DNA of 64,000 nucleotides, from positions 209,445 to 273,444 of the forward strand of contig RDEW01000048.1 of the NCBI GenBank assembly GCA_011109175.1, in the 5' to 3' direction. Within the stretch, counting starts at the first letter, position 1. Each line of letters opens with the position of its first letter. This document shows positions 13,575 through 26,487 of the stretch, in pieces. A model generated the notes under the pieces. It did no database searches. It saw only the letters and a list, made by a program, of their open reading frames with translations, and was not told the origin of the DNA. Made by a program: the position numbers and the translations under genes. Source of the DNA: Dicyema japonicum. Its lineage: Eukaryota > Animalia > Dicyemida.

Positions 13575-14846
13575 GTTTAAAGGATCCGTCTCACTCTGAT
13601 GGGGGAACTAGTATTGAACTAGTCTTCGGTGGAGTGGCGTGGCGTGTAAAAATAAATAAATAGGGCTGATTCATTCTGTTAAAGTGAATTTTTGACCTCT
13701 TCCAAATCGGGGATCATTCCTATTGGCTTTCGAACCACAATTTAATGGCAATAGAATCATTTATAGTTCATTTTAAATTATTTATTTTTTATGTTTCAAA
13801 AGAATAATGGAAGTGTATGTGGCTCAAGAAACCTATATTATCACAGACGATTGGATAAGATACCGCAAAGTTCTCTATGGAATGATGGATTGCTGTTATT
13901 CATGAACGAAACTTCGTTAATCCACACTAAACGCTCAATGTTTGGACATGTTCTAAACGAAAGCCCAATCGACAATCAGACATATCAATTTAATTGGAAC
14001 AGGTCCTCCGATACGACAATTAGTTTAACGATTTGAAATCCGTTATTTGAAGGACCACAAGAGAACAATTTCCGAGTTAAGACATCGAAGATCAATAATT
14101 TAAAATTAAGCTTTTTTTAAAATTATATTTCCGCCGTAAAATTGACGTTTGAGAGCATACGTGATCCCTCAGTTAGAAGAGGTCTTAAAATCGTTGTTAA
14201 CGTTTTTTGTATTTTCGATAAAAATTACCTAAAACAGAAAGTGTTGAAAATAGAAAAATTATTAAGAAAAAAATTAATAAGATGATCGTGTCAGTGCCAC
14301 ACGAGATTAAGGTCCCAAGAAGATGTCCAATAAGAGTCAACATAGAAACATTATAGTCAAATTTCTAACAAATATAAAGAACTATTTGGCTTCATCCACA
14401 TCCAAGACAGGCTATCTATTTCATTTTAAATATTTTTTATTCAGCCTTTATTTTCACTTTGCTTTTGTACAAATTGTTCAACGTGTATGTTGACGAACAG
14501 TGAAGTGAAAAAACACGACTTCAAAGATTTTAGGATGCTTGACTATAGGAAGACTTTGTAGTTGAGGGTTATAGACTGATTGTATTTTTAAGATCTATGG
14601 TAAATATGGTTAATGAAGATTTAAATTTGGATGGAGACATACAATTTGAGACCATTAGTCAGACAATAAATTTAAATTGGGTTGGACATTATCTGAGGCC
14701 AATTGGACGTTTTTAAAATTTTTAATTATAAAATATAATTTTTTAATTTAAATAAATATTAATAATAATTAAGTTTTTGAATTTCTCACGTTGGTTTTGT
14801 AGGTCATCATTTTTTGCATTACGTTGTATTGTTTTTAACCATTTAG

Positions 14847-16236
14847 ATGGGGAAAAGAAGCAAATTAAAAGCAAAACTAAATGCTACACGTCCAAATTTC
14901 ATGGAACAAATATCCCACAACAAAATAACGAAACCAAAGAGACCAATAATAGTTCCATCAGAACCTGAAGCTACACAAGTAACAAATCGTTTAACTTTAG
15001 TATGTTGACGAAACCCTCTCTTCTAAAATTCTAAAGGAAGCTTCTCGACAAACTCAAGAACTTATGAAGGAACGAGAAGAAACCTCAAATGTAGTAAATT
15101 TATAAAACTTGAGTAATCTCCCTCAAAACTCTGACCAGGAGCATGACTTTTCTCGTGATTTTGTCCGTAAAATGCGTCAGGAGTTATCTTCGTTGAAGTG
15201 TGATTCAGAATCTCAAGCTGATTTGCAAGATATGAATTACGAGGAAATGATCTTTGATGAACTAATCCAGGAGGATTGTTCCGTAACAGAGTTGCTGAGT
15301 GAGAAATTAATGGAAATTGAAAGTCAGGTGACCTGTTCAGGTTTTTTGATGTAATATTTCAGAATATGAGTGTTCCACGGAAATAGGGGAGGAAGCCAAG
15401 GTTCTTTACGAACGAGTGGGCAAGTTTTTCTCCCAATATCGTGCTGGGCCGATTCCGAAAGCCTTTAAAGTTCTTCCCTGCATCCCAAACTGGATGGAGG
15501 TGGGGGTTTTCTAATGTTAGATTCTGAGTTTGACCGAGCCTACAGGATGGACCGCCGCGGCAATTTACGAGGCAACCAGAATTTTCGTGTCTCGGCTTCA
15601 ATCTGACAAGGCTAAGGATTTCTTGTCCTTGGTTCTGCTACCGAGAATCAGGGACGATATAAAATACTACAAAAAGCTGAATTTTCACATTTTTCGGGTT
15701 TCCCAATTATCTTATGATAGGCCCTTAAAAAGGCGTTGTTCAAACCTGCGGCTTTCTTCAAAGGAATTTTGCTTCCTCTCTGTGGTGAACCTGACTTTAC
15801 ATTGAGGGAGGCCACTATTTTGTCTGCGGCCCTGTCTAAAAGTTCAATCCCAGTGGAACACTCGTCTGCAGCAATCATTTTTTTGACTAAATAGACTGGG
15901 GGGAATTCTGGAGCCCAGGATATTTTCATTAAGGTTCTCTTGGAAAAACGCTATGCACTCCTCTACCAAACAACGGACTAACTTTTGGCCTATTTTATGA
16001 GATTTGAGCGACAAGAGAAGATGAATGTGTTGTGGCATTGCACACTTATGGCATTTGTGAAGCACTATGCGGTGGATTTGGCGGACGAGCAGGTGGATAT
16101 GTTATGGGGACTTCTAAGGAGTTGACGGCATCCAAAGATTACTCCACTTATTTGATCGTTACTCACTGAGACACGTCGAGTTCATGCGCAGTATACTCAC
16201 CCGTGTGATGCTAGTATGTGTGTTGATTCTGTGTAA
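14847..16236 (+). pseudogene. BYSL: Bystin (Enp1) homolog with premature stops in the last exon
   Basis: [66 protein letters not shown]; introns mostly 21-23 nt; in-frame TAA 15979, TGA 16123, TGA 16153. Confidence 0.85.
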
Positions 16237-16449
16237 TAAACTTATTTTACTTATTTAATAACCCGTGATATACTTGAGATATGTCAAGAGTTAACGTATA
16301 ATTAGGGTATATCCAGTTTCCATGGTATCAGTAAGAACTTTTTTTACAAGCAGCAAGTTCATATGTATCAGTAGTTGTGGGATTCCTTCAGTAAAGTAAG
16401 GAAGATAGAGATCATTTTTGACGAGCGTCTCTTGATACAGGTGGATCAC

Positions 16450-16930
16450 ATGATGGATCTTAGGAACTGAAAAGCACAGATCGGTAAGAAATTCATTGAT
16501 CAGGTGGGTAGTGGTAGATAATTTACACACGCGTTGGTCAAAGAGCAAGGAGGAGTCTATTGCTTATGCTTTAATTAACTTCACGGTGGATAAAACCACC
16601 TTTATTCTTCTTCCTATTGACATGAACGAGTTTGCTGACGTGGATGACATCGGAAACCTAAAGTTTAGAACCACTTAGCGCGCAATAGAAGATCATGGTC
16701 GAGGCTGACGATAGGATGATTCGGAATACGGCACAAGGGAGACTTACTAATTTTATGTTTTCTCGTGAGTGCTTTTCAATAATAATACCATTCAAGAGAT
16801 GAGTCCCACAAGGTTAAGTATTGAGCCCTATTTTTTTAATACATTCATGACGAGTTTTCCCGTCCAAGTAATATTAATACAAGTCTTCTTATTTATGCGG
16901 ATGACGTTTCTGAGTCGACTAGTGAATCGG
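16450..16930 (+). mobile_element. LINE reverse transcriptase remnant
   Basis: Decayed PQG...LSPILFNTF...LLIYADDV at about 16790-16910. Confidence 0.5.
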
Positions 16931-16964
16931 ATTTCTACATGAAAAAAATATCCCCAAAAACGTT

Positions 16965-17035
16965 GCTAATTATTTGAGCGGATCTCGCTCGCCTTCCTGA
17001 GGGGAATAGCAACGCTGGCAGCTGTATGACACTCG
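16965..17035 (+). mobile_element. CRE-like retrotransposon extreme 3' end
   Basis: LFERISLAFLRGNSN followed by gctgtatgac, as at 32816-32900 and 43220-43290. Confidence 0.7.
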
Positions 17036-18889
17036 ACTGACTGTTCCTTTATTTTATTGACCTGAAAATTTAAGTAGCAATTATTGATAAAAATTAATAA
17101 AACAAAACAATTATTATTAAAAAACCACTAGCTTGAGTGAACAAGTACTAAATATTAAATTCATTGTATTTGAAGTGTAAAATATGTATTTAATAAATTT
17201 GATGCGTATCAAATCTGCGAGTAGATTGTGGATTAAGTGATACTTTAAGTAAATATAGCATTAATAGCACATATATAGAATCATATTAACTATCATCCCA
17301 TACGAGCAGCTTCTGACAGGTGATCCGCCGAATTCTTTCAATTTTGTCCTGGACAGGATTCAGAACTGCCTGACAATTGCACTTCGGGTTTTCAATGCCT
17401 CCCAAGTCCGTCACCTCGCACATGTTCGCAAGAAAAAAGACGAGATCTTTCATCCACCATAAATGTGATAGACATTCTGAGGAATAGAGGTACGTCATCT
17501 TCTCAACCTTTCGACAAATTAACCACTTAGCCGAAGATTTAAAATTATTTTAAATTTAAAAATTTTAACTAATTTAGTAAAATTAACTAAACGAAATTTT
17601 TATAAAAACTAAAATAAAAAGTCCTCCGGATCAGAACTTGGAATTATCCATGAATTAGATTCATGCACTTGATCATAAAACATTTCCATCACTTGGGAGA
17701 TTGTTAGAACCTCATTTGGAGGCATTAACTTCATCTCAATCTCGAATCTCTGTAAAATATTGTAATAATAATTTCTTTCATGTTCAACCTGAACTGAGTG
17801 CGAGTAAAGCACATTAAACTACCACATGAAATTATACAGCTACATTTTTAATATTATTTTCTAAGTTTTTCTTCATGTCATTTAACTCAGAAGATGAATT
17901 TGATTTAAAAGTTGGGTTATGTGGGTGGACGGTCATTTTAGAATTTATTTTATTTGACAATTTAAATTTTGAATAAAAATATATTTAACGTTATTAAAAA
18001 ATAAATTTAATTAAAATTATTGGATAAATGTGTTAATAAACATATGGACATTATTACTTCATGCTTCCCTTGTTACACTACAGTGGTTTCATGTGATCTA
18101 CCTGTCCCATGCCGCCAAAAGTCACTGTGGCACAAAAAAAGGCTTACTTTTTTCTTTCCATGGAAGGGTTTCCACAGCTCAGAGAACTAGACGTTTTCTT
18201 TCTTTTTCGTCGATTCTGGATGAACATGCGGGATATTGCAAGTTTCAGATTTCGCTCGAATATCAAATGTTATGATTCTTTCCATGAAAACTAGATAAGT
18301 GGCAATAAAGAATGTTCTCGAGATCCTAGAAGACGACTTCTTCAATCCAGCACAAGAAACTGTCGATAAAATTAAAAGTTTCCAAAAACAGTGACGGAAC
18401 AGTGGATTACTTGAATGAAACGACTTCCACCAAACATTTTGGTAACCCATTTGTTTAAACGATGCTGGGTGCCTGTTAAACTATGATTTGACAGTTCTCC
18501 GTTCATTACGAACTTGTGTGGGTCCAAGAGAGGATACTTAGCCAAGCTGAGTGCTCTGCTAGAGTGTGTCAAGACCACGTAGTTCTGGTCGTTACTTGTG
18601 GTCTTTAGGAATAAATTCATTAATATTCAATTAAGGTTCCCTTAAAGCGCAAATAACTCCATTGACCAGTTTATCCAGTCCACCGATAATCAAGGTCATC
18701 CTATCATCGGTTTTTTTGCTGACGCTTTTTAGATCGTCATTTAACACGGAAGGCAATGATGGATTAAGAAATAATCAATCCGAGGGTCATACAATAACCC
18801 CCTGATTACCTCTCAGGGTTGCTAGAGGGTCATACGATAACAGCGCTCGCGAAGATCTCAAGTGCGCGTAGAAATCAGATTCCCTAGAC

Positions 18890-19349
18890 CAGCGTTTCCC
18901 AACGGGGTCCCCAGGAATTTTTTAATTAATAATCAATAAAATTATAATTGACGAATCCTTGATTGAACACAAAACTTCACAGGAGGCACTAATATTATTT
19001 AAAAGAAAACCATTGATGGAATTTTGGTGCAATTTAGTAGCAGCTTTCCATCTCGCACTAGAAAAGTTGATACCATTCCAGCAACATATTTATTTGAAAG
19101 TGCGATGTACCATCTCGCATATTTGAAAACCGGTATAGGAATCGCCATCGATTGAATACGATGTGCGCGTTGCTTTGAGTGACACTAGACTAAATATTTC
19201 AAGTCTTATTACAAATATGAAAGATCAGAAGTCACATTAATTTTGTAGTTCAAAAATAAACTTCATTGTCATTATTAAAAATTAGGGGTCTCCAAAAAAT
19301 TTTTTTGAATTTAGGGGTCCCCAGAGGAAAAAAATGCTGGGTAACGATG
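18890..19349 (+). mobile_element. hAT Buster/Charlie-like non-autonomous element (460 bp)
   Basis: TIRs cagcgtttcccaac / gctgggtaacgatg; 8-bp TSD ccctagac / ccttagac; C-terminal transposase remnant ALEKLIPF.ATYLFES...DVRVALSDTRLNISSLITNMKDQKSH*. Confidence 0.9.
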
Positions 19350-19764
19350 CCTTAGACAACCCATGAATTCGAGCGTCGAAGACGCTGGGAGCTTGGAATA
19401 TTAATATTAGAACTGAGATTGTGAATTTAAGAAATTTAAAGCATGTAATTAAAATTTGATTTTTACATTCTCACACGAAGGATTAAGGACAATTAAGACA
19501 GTTTATTATCAAGTTCGTAACACCCGAAACTTCTGGGTTATTGGATCCTACTCGCTATGTTTGTTACGCTTTATTGGATCATTGATATTGAAAAGGAGAG
19601 TGGACAGTCAGAAAACGGATGGCTGAGTGAGCGCATTTCCATAAAAAGTCATAAGGGGGGGGGGATATACTCTCGAACATGAGAGCTGCTACCTAGCAAT
19701 ATAGCTGAAAGAGGCTATCAACAGTCAAAAAATATTTCCGTTGCAAAAAATAATATAAAAATTG

Positions 19765-20530
19765 TCACTTTCTTGGTTCGAAAGGAAACTCCTTCCCTTT
19801 TTGGTAGACGAAATCGTATCGGATAAAATGTCCTTTATGCAGATCTATCATCGAAACATTCCACACTAATATGAAATAACCACACTACATAGGCAGCATC
19901 CTTTCGTTAAGTTTTTGGCTCTAATGGCTTCCCAGATCGCGCTACCACTAACCTGTATAGCGTGACCTCCATGATATGGGTCTGCTGTAGTGATTCTACA
20001 AATCGTGACTAAAACAAACGCTTTTTCCAAGTTGGTTTCAAAGTCCTTAGACCCTGATCCAATATACATTATCTTATTTACATGCAAGCCATATGAAGAG
20101 TCGATTTTTATGGCATGGTACCCTATTCGGTCGAATCCTACGACAATCACTTCCTAAATTATTTCAGCAAATAATTACCGCTTCTTTTGTATGGCCTTCC
20201 ATATAAAATTTCACTTTGTTTATTAGCGCGCTTATAGGCATTAGAGAAGTAAACTCTTCCAAATATTCCCTGACAACAGTTAAAAAAACAAACTTTGCTG
20301 ATTTTTCCGCCAAAGAACTTATACTCGAGACTTCCTCATGTGTTCCAACTATTCCCATGGTCATAAAATCATGTATTCCTAATAATCTATAGCATTCTGG
20401 TGGATCCGCTAAAATAATTCAAAAAAAGACTCAATAAAACTGAGCTTTCATCATATGCATCAGTCCCGATTATGACTCCAGTAGAATATTTAAAAGCAAA
20501 AATTTTTCTTATACTATTCGGGTTATCCAT
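19765..20530 (-). CDS. Highly divergent proteasome beta-type (Ntn-fold) subunit-like protein
   Basis: Five 22-25 nt introns give one open frame: IFAFKYSTGVIIGTD...GIHDFMTMGIVGT...VIVVGFDRIG...MYIGSGSKDFETNLEKA...AIQVSGSAIWEAI. Confidence 0.65.
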
Positions 20531-20799
20531 TGTTGTGAAATATTTTATGCAATTATTTAGTAAAACTAATAATTATTAAATAAATTTTAAAATTATTTTA
20601 TTAGTTGATTCACCATTTTAATAAACTTTTTTAATTAATATTAAAAAAATAATATTAAATAATTTGAGGACTTAAGAATTGTCAAAGAAATCTGGGACCT
20701 GTAGCTTGGTGTTTTCCTACCAGGCGAATTGGTTGTTACTTTTTTTAAACACCGGTTTCCTCTATTTGAAGGGACTGGGGGTAAATAAATATTATTATT

Positions 20800-21560
20800 A
20801 TTATTATTATTTAAGCACTTCACAAGAGCCATACTAATTATAGCCCCGCATGTGCAGCAAAAGAAACAAGGTTAGATGTCATCCTTTTCCATGCTCCCCT
20901 GTTCCTAGCCAAGGCTCTCATGCTGTCCAGGTCGTCGGCATTTGTTAGGTTTTTTTTTATACTGACCAGGTCTTTTTGTAAGACTATTGGCAGTGTTGTT
21001 CTTGGTCTTCCCCGATAGCGGCTTCTTCACTAACATAGTATGTTTCCATAGATATGTTCGGTGGGGAAGTTAATTCCATCCTCAGCACGTGTCCGAAGAG
21101 CTCCATCGGGATTCCAGTACTTCTAAGCTGATAGGTCTAGTGCTGCATCTCTTATATAAAGCATTCCTAGATATTCTCGTAGGCCAAGTAGTTCCTGTTA
21201 TTTTTCTCAGTTGACCTCTGTGGAACGAGTCTAGTTTTTTCATATCCGCTGATGAGGTCGCCCAAGTTCCAGCGTTATATAAAAGTACGGGTTTTATGAA
21301 TGAGTCGTATAGTAGGATTCTCATTTTTGTGTCGATGCCTTTTTGATTGAGCCATAAATTCTTCAGTTTATATAACGCAGCATTGGCTAGAGTTTTCCTA
21401 CGTAAAATATCTTCGCTATCTCCCATAAGTGAACGAGTTTCTTTACTTGTCGCCACTTCTCTTCTAGGACGTTACTCATCCTTCTTATCTCTGTGAGTTC
21501 TGTTTTTTCTCTGTTCACAGTAAGAAACCATTTCCCTAGTACATCTGGTGCTTTTAAAAT
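20800..21560 (-). mobile_element. RTE LINE, 5'-truncated young copy
   Basis: LLYDSFIKPVLLYNAGTW, HRGQLRKI, ESRW.LFGHVLR; (TAA)n tail at 20800-20812. Confidence 0.9.
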
Positions 21561-21949
21561 ATGTAAGATAATGTAATTTTATTGTGCTGTTATGTGGTTC
21601 ACCAACTCTGTAATTTTTAAAAACCCCAGAGTGAACTTAGTGCGCCTCGAAAGAGAACCAATAGCTTCTTTCCTCCAGGAAGTTTCTCGCTTCCCGGCGA
21701 TACGCTCCAACCCGTAGGCTGTGTTAATCAGTTAAAAATACTAAATAGTTTAGCTAACTGCCTCATCACTTCATTTAATCTACTCGCAATAGGAGAAACC
21801 AAAGCAAATTAATACGTCCACAATAAGCCGTTAGATACCACTTAGGATAGCCTAGGATCTTTGATTAGTTTGACTGATAAACCAAATTTTTATTACAATC
21901 AAAAATTTTCCATAAATTAATAAACTTTTTTCGATTTGAATGAATTCTA

Positions 21950-22260
21950 TTACGTCACTGACCATACAGGAAACAAACCGAATGATGGACCTCGATGGCT
22001 ACGTGATTGAAGATTTCTCTTCCATCTCTCTGGTGGCATCATTGGATCCACCTTACTCAGCAGACGGCCAATGCATGGTCAGCATTCAAAAGTATCCATC
22101 TATTCATTCCACCAAGAGACAACTTCTCTCATTGGCGACGAGTGCTGGAATCGACCAAACTCCTCGGACAAAGTCCTTTGGATCACTGGGTGAGGGTTCT
22201 GCTGGAAGGACTCAGGATCAAGGAATTAGTTAGTTTTGTTTTACTCGGTCTATGGAATAA
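21950..22260 (+). repeat. Unclassified dispersed repeat (family 4)
   Basis: Homologous segments at 31560-31900(-), 36070-36300(-), 56190-56400(-) and 59780-59940(+). Confidence 0.7.
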
Positions 22261-22284
22261 TTTAATTAATTAATGCTGAGTTCT

Positions 22285-22430
22285 TGTGCGAACTAGGAGA
22301 AATGCCTGCCAGAAAAAAAAGGGATCAACGAGAAGGGTTCTGGCTGAGACAAAAGATTGGAATGGCCATACTCCGAGGGAACTCGTTCACGATCCACGCA
22401 GCAGGCTTCCTAAATTAACATTTGTTTCTT
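22285..22430 (+). mobile_element. CRE-like retrotransposon 3' end
   Basis: FLCELGEMPARKKRDQREGFWLRQKIGMAILRGNSFTIHAAGFLN*; close relative at 37080-37330. Confidence 0.8.
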
Positions 22431-23059
22431 TCGTTCAGAATTTTGGGGTTCCAATGTTTCACGAGTCCTTCTTTACGTTTATCATCGTGAGAAGAAAAAA
22501 AACAGTGGCTTTCGCCCATAATAAACTAAGTAGACATTATATCTAATAGAGGTGCGTCACCGTCTAACCATCTAAGCACTCTGCCATAAGTTTTATTCAA
22601 AGAATTTGAGACTTAGAATTTGTTAAGTTATCGAAGATCTGTATTTCTCAAACACTCAGAAACTGTATATACAGATGAATATTTTATTTGTGATAATTTT
22701 TTAACTTACGTGTAGGTCATTCGAAGTAAATGTGATAGTGGTTAATCTATCAAATTTCGCTGACAATTTTGGGGAGGAATAGTCACGAAGTCCTGCACCA
22801 AATCCAATTCCGAAGCTCGCTTCTGTCCATTCTGTTGAAAGTTCCCCGTATGGTTCATGGTTGAACAGTGAAGCGGAACCTGATTGTCTTCTGGGACTCA
22901 CACAAGCAAAAAAGAGAAGAACGAAAATTCAAGAACATTTTCGATGTCTTATTTCAATTATCCTCTAGAAGAATCAGTTTTTATTAGAAAAGAGTACGAG
23001 ATTTTCCTCAACTAACATATTATTATTAATAGCACTTTCGAAGAACCAAAAATGTAATT

Positions 23060-24290
23060 TATTTTATTAAGGTTCCGCTTGTGCCGTATTTTTCTTCAGG
23101 TTATTTTTTCTTCCACAATTCTCTTTACTAACTTCCTCCATGCTCCGCGGCTACAGGCAGTTATTCCGAGCGTATCCAGATCATCTCCAGTTTTCAGCTT
23201 TCGTCCTACATTGGTCAGGTCCTTGTGTAGAACCTCTGGCAAAGTTATGCGAGGTCTTCCACGGAACGAGGTATTCATTTCTGGGCAGAAATAGTTATCC
23301 ATTGCTATTTTAGCAGGCGTCATGTGGCTCATTCGAAGGATGTGACCAAACAAACGCCATCTTGATTCCAGGATATCCAGACTCAATGGTCTTGTATTAC
23401 ATACTTTGTATAGATTCTTGTTTGTAATTTTTTTGGCCAGTTGATGCCAAGCAACAGTCGGAGTTGCTTACGATGGAAGGCATCTAGTTTGTCCATTGCC
23501 GCTTCTGAGACACCCCAGGTTGCAGCGTTGTACATTAGGATTGGTTTCACGAAGGCATTGTATAGTCTCACACGTAGTTGTGTGCTAATTTGTTTACGAT
23601 GATTCCAGACTACTCCCATTTTTCTAAAGGCCGCGACGGCCAACATCTTCCTGTTAGTGATATCCTCAGCGTCTCCGAGCAACGACCCCAATTTTTTACA
23701 GTATCTCCATTTTTCATCAGTTCGGGTTAGTTCACGGCGTATGGTAGTTGTCTCCGTGTTTTCCGTATTGATTTTGATGAACCATTTTTCTAGGACATCT
23801 GGCATCCTTGTCCGTATATAGTTTAATGTTTTCTCGTCGCTGGATATACAGTCGATATCATCTGCATAAATCACTTCAGTTTGAGGTAGATCGCCAATTA
23901 ATAGTCTGAAGTCTCTGAGTGCCGCCTCCAGATATGTCACAAAAAGTACCGGTGACAAGGAATCCCTGCGGTACCCCAACGTTGTCTCGAATGGGACAGA
24001 CTCCAAATTTCCAAAACGTACACTTAGCTGTGTTGTTCCACGTAATAGACGATCATTCTGACACTGTCCTCGTCAACCAACTTCTCCAAGATATCCAAAA
24101 GTCTCCCTCTGTCTATAGAGTCAAAGGCTTTGGACATGTCCATGCCAAGGATGCCAATAGCCCCCTTGTACTTTTGATGTGTTGCACAAAGCCATCGATG
24201 TCCCCAGACCACATCAGCTGTAGATCTCCCTGACCTGAATCCGCTTTAACCGTGAGAACTAACATAGAATGATAAAAAGCAACAAATATG
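23060..24290 (-). mobile_element. RTE LINE RT/C-terminal fragment, second subfamily
   Basis: DMSKAFDSIDR, DSLSPVLFVTYLE, YADDID, LYNAFVKPILMYNAATW, RGRPRITL. Confidence 0.9.
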
Positions 24291-24295
24291 AAATG

Positions 24296-25240
24296 ATTTT
24301 ATTATTATTATTATTTAAGCACTTTACGAGAGCCATACTAATTATAGCCCCGCATGTGCAGCAAAAGAAACAAGGTTAGATATCATCCTTTTCCATTCTC
24401 CCCTGTTCTTAGCCAAGGCTCTCATGTTGTCCAGGTCGTCGGCATTTATTAGATTTTTTTGATATTGACCAGGTCTTTTTGTAATACTATTGGCAGTGTT
24501 GTTCTTGGTCTTCCACGATAGCGGCCTTCTTGGCTAACATAGTATGTTTCCATAGATATGTTAGGTGGGGATGTTAATTCTATCCTCAGCACGTGTCCGA
24601 AGAGCTTCCATCGGGATTCCAGTACTTCTAAGCTGATAGGTCTAGTGCTGCATCTCTTATACAAAGCATTCCTCGATATTCTCGTAGTTTTTCCATATCC
24701 GCTGATGAGGTCGCCCAAGTTCCAGAGTTATATAAAAGTACGGGTTTTATGAATGAGTCGTATAATAGGATTCTCATTTTCGTGTCGATGCCTTTTTGAT
24801 TGAGCCATAGATTTTTCAGTTTATATAACGCAGCATTGGCTAGAGTTTTCCTACGTAAAATATCTTCGCTATCTCCCAAAAGTGAACCGAGTTTTTTTAC
24901 TTGTCGCCAGCTTAGAAGTACTTCTCTTCTAGGACGTTACTCATCCTTCTTATCTCTTTGAGTTCTGTTTTCTCTCTGTTCACAGTAAGAAACCATTTCC
25001 CTAGTACATTTGGTGCTTTTTCTAATAGGTTATCCAGGACCTCTTTGTCTTCAGAGATTAGGTCTACATCGTCCGCGTAGATTACTTCTTCCGTCTTTCC
25101 TTGGTATAACGGTCTAAGTTCCCTCATAGCGGCTTCCAAATAAATTGTGAATAGTAGAGGAGAAAGAGAGTCTCCTTGTGGAGTGCCCGTGTTTGTTTCA
25201 AATTTTCTTGAATAGGTCTTTCCGACTCTCACAAGGAGAA
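24296..25240 (-). mobile_element. RTE LINE, 5'-truncated, abutting the previous copy
   Basis: GTPQGDSLSPLLFTIYLE, YADDVD; near-identical to 20800-21560 apart from a roughly 50-bp deletion near 24685. Confidence 0.92.
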
Positions 25241-25419
25241 ATGATTTTGATAGAATATTAAAATAAAATTTAAATGATTTCGGTAGGAAAATAATTTGAC
25301 TTGTTATAAAAATCAATATATAATTTAATATTAATTTTTAAAATCAAATAAAATCAAAATTTCTTACGCGAGGTGACGTTATCTTATTAATTCTAGTCTG
25401 TTAATTCTCTGATCTTTCA

Positions 25420-25908
25420 ATGTCAGGTTATCCTCAAATAAACGATGATCCACTACTAGAGGCACTAAAATCTCTTTCTAATGAACAGCTTATAAACATG
25501 TACTATTAACACTCTCTAATTATACATACTGGTCTATTTACCTTTATAGATTATTAACCGACGCTAGTGATCCGAATTTATTCAAAGGTAAATTAAAATT
25601 ACAATTTTTTAGCCCACATCGAAGGTCTGCTGAATGACGTTGTTGGGGATGTTCGATTACGTAAACTTGACGAGGGGAGAATTCCTACAATATCCTCTTG
25701 TCAGCCTAAGGAGGTCCATCCCTCATTACGGCTTATATTTAAAAGACTAAGAGAACGACTTAATTCTTCATTCGAAAGACTGCAGAGTCTGCAGACTGGG
25801 AATGAGGAAAGAAGATGCTTGTATTTACTGCATGTTAATGAAATGCTTGGTAATGAACTGGATAAGGCACTGCATTATCAAACTGAGATTGATTATTATA
25901 ATAAATGA
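25420..25908 (+). CDS. Orphan 137-aa protein, 3 exons
   Basis: ATG 25420; introns 25500-25549 (50 nt) and 25588-25612 (25 nt) give a stop-free 414-nt CDS, MSGYPQINDDPLLEALKSLSNEQLINILLTD...EIDYYNK*; AT-rich upstream region. Confidence 0.6.
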
Positions 25909-26487
25909 GATCATTTTCTAATTTTTGTTACTTTATTTTTGAAACCCAATTTAATCATTACTACTCGATTCTCCCATTCTCCCCTTAGAAGATGGGTTGA
26001 TGACCTGATACTTCCCCGTTTCCTCTTCACCGAGATCGTTTGGCGCGTCACCGAAGTGAGTTGTTAGCTCTATCAGGTGAATGGTTACTTTAACCAAATC
26101 CTCCCTGAGATTGGTTAATCCGAGGATTAGCAACGTTTCTTGGTATTGGGGAGAAATACTAATTTGGTAGGTGGTTCTCTCCGAAATTTCTTTGGTCCGT
26201 AGTCAAAGTTGATGTAAAATGAAATTATAAATTATCGACTGCAGATTTTACAAAGATTCATTAGCTCTGCAACGAATTTCATTTTTTGTTGCTCTTCTAT
26301 CGCCCATATTCAAGGAATAATACCCTTAGCCCCACACATGATACCATAAAAAGTGTCAATTGATTATGAAAACATAAAGGTGGTCTTAGTAGAAACCTGT
26401 AAGGCGTGTGTAATAGCTCAACATTAGAATTAACTGGATGGCGGTGTTGGGTCAGATATATACCGAGCAGTTGTATGACGAATATCC

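Noticed and set aside
14820-14849. Spliced-leader trans-splice acceptors before start codons (tttag|ATG in bystin)
   Set aside because: Seen for some genes but not CPT2, and AG after T-rich DNA is common by chance at this composition; needs 5'-end transcript data
15979-16155. Alternative genetic code (stop reassignment)
   Set aside because: CPT2, G-beta copy B and the RING genes have no internal stops once spliced, and genes here end in TAA, TAG or TGA
17286-17498. Small standalone ORFs at 17286-17498 and 7972-8172
   Set aside because: Their 3' parts are homologous to each other at the DNA level but in different reading frames, which fits decayed repeat fragments rather than genes
22286-22546. 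Repeated ORF MRTRRNACQKKKGSTRR as a novel gene family
   Set aside because: It is an off-frame reading of the CRE retrotransposon C-terminus
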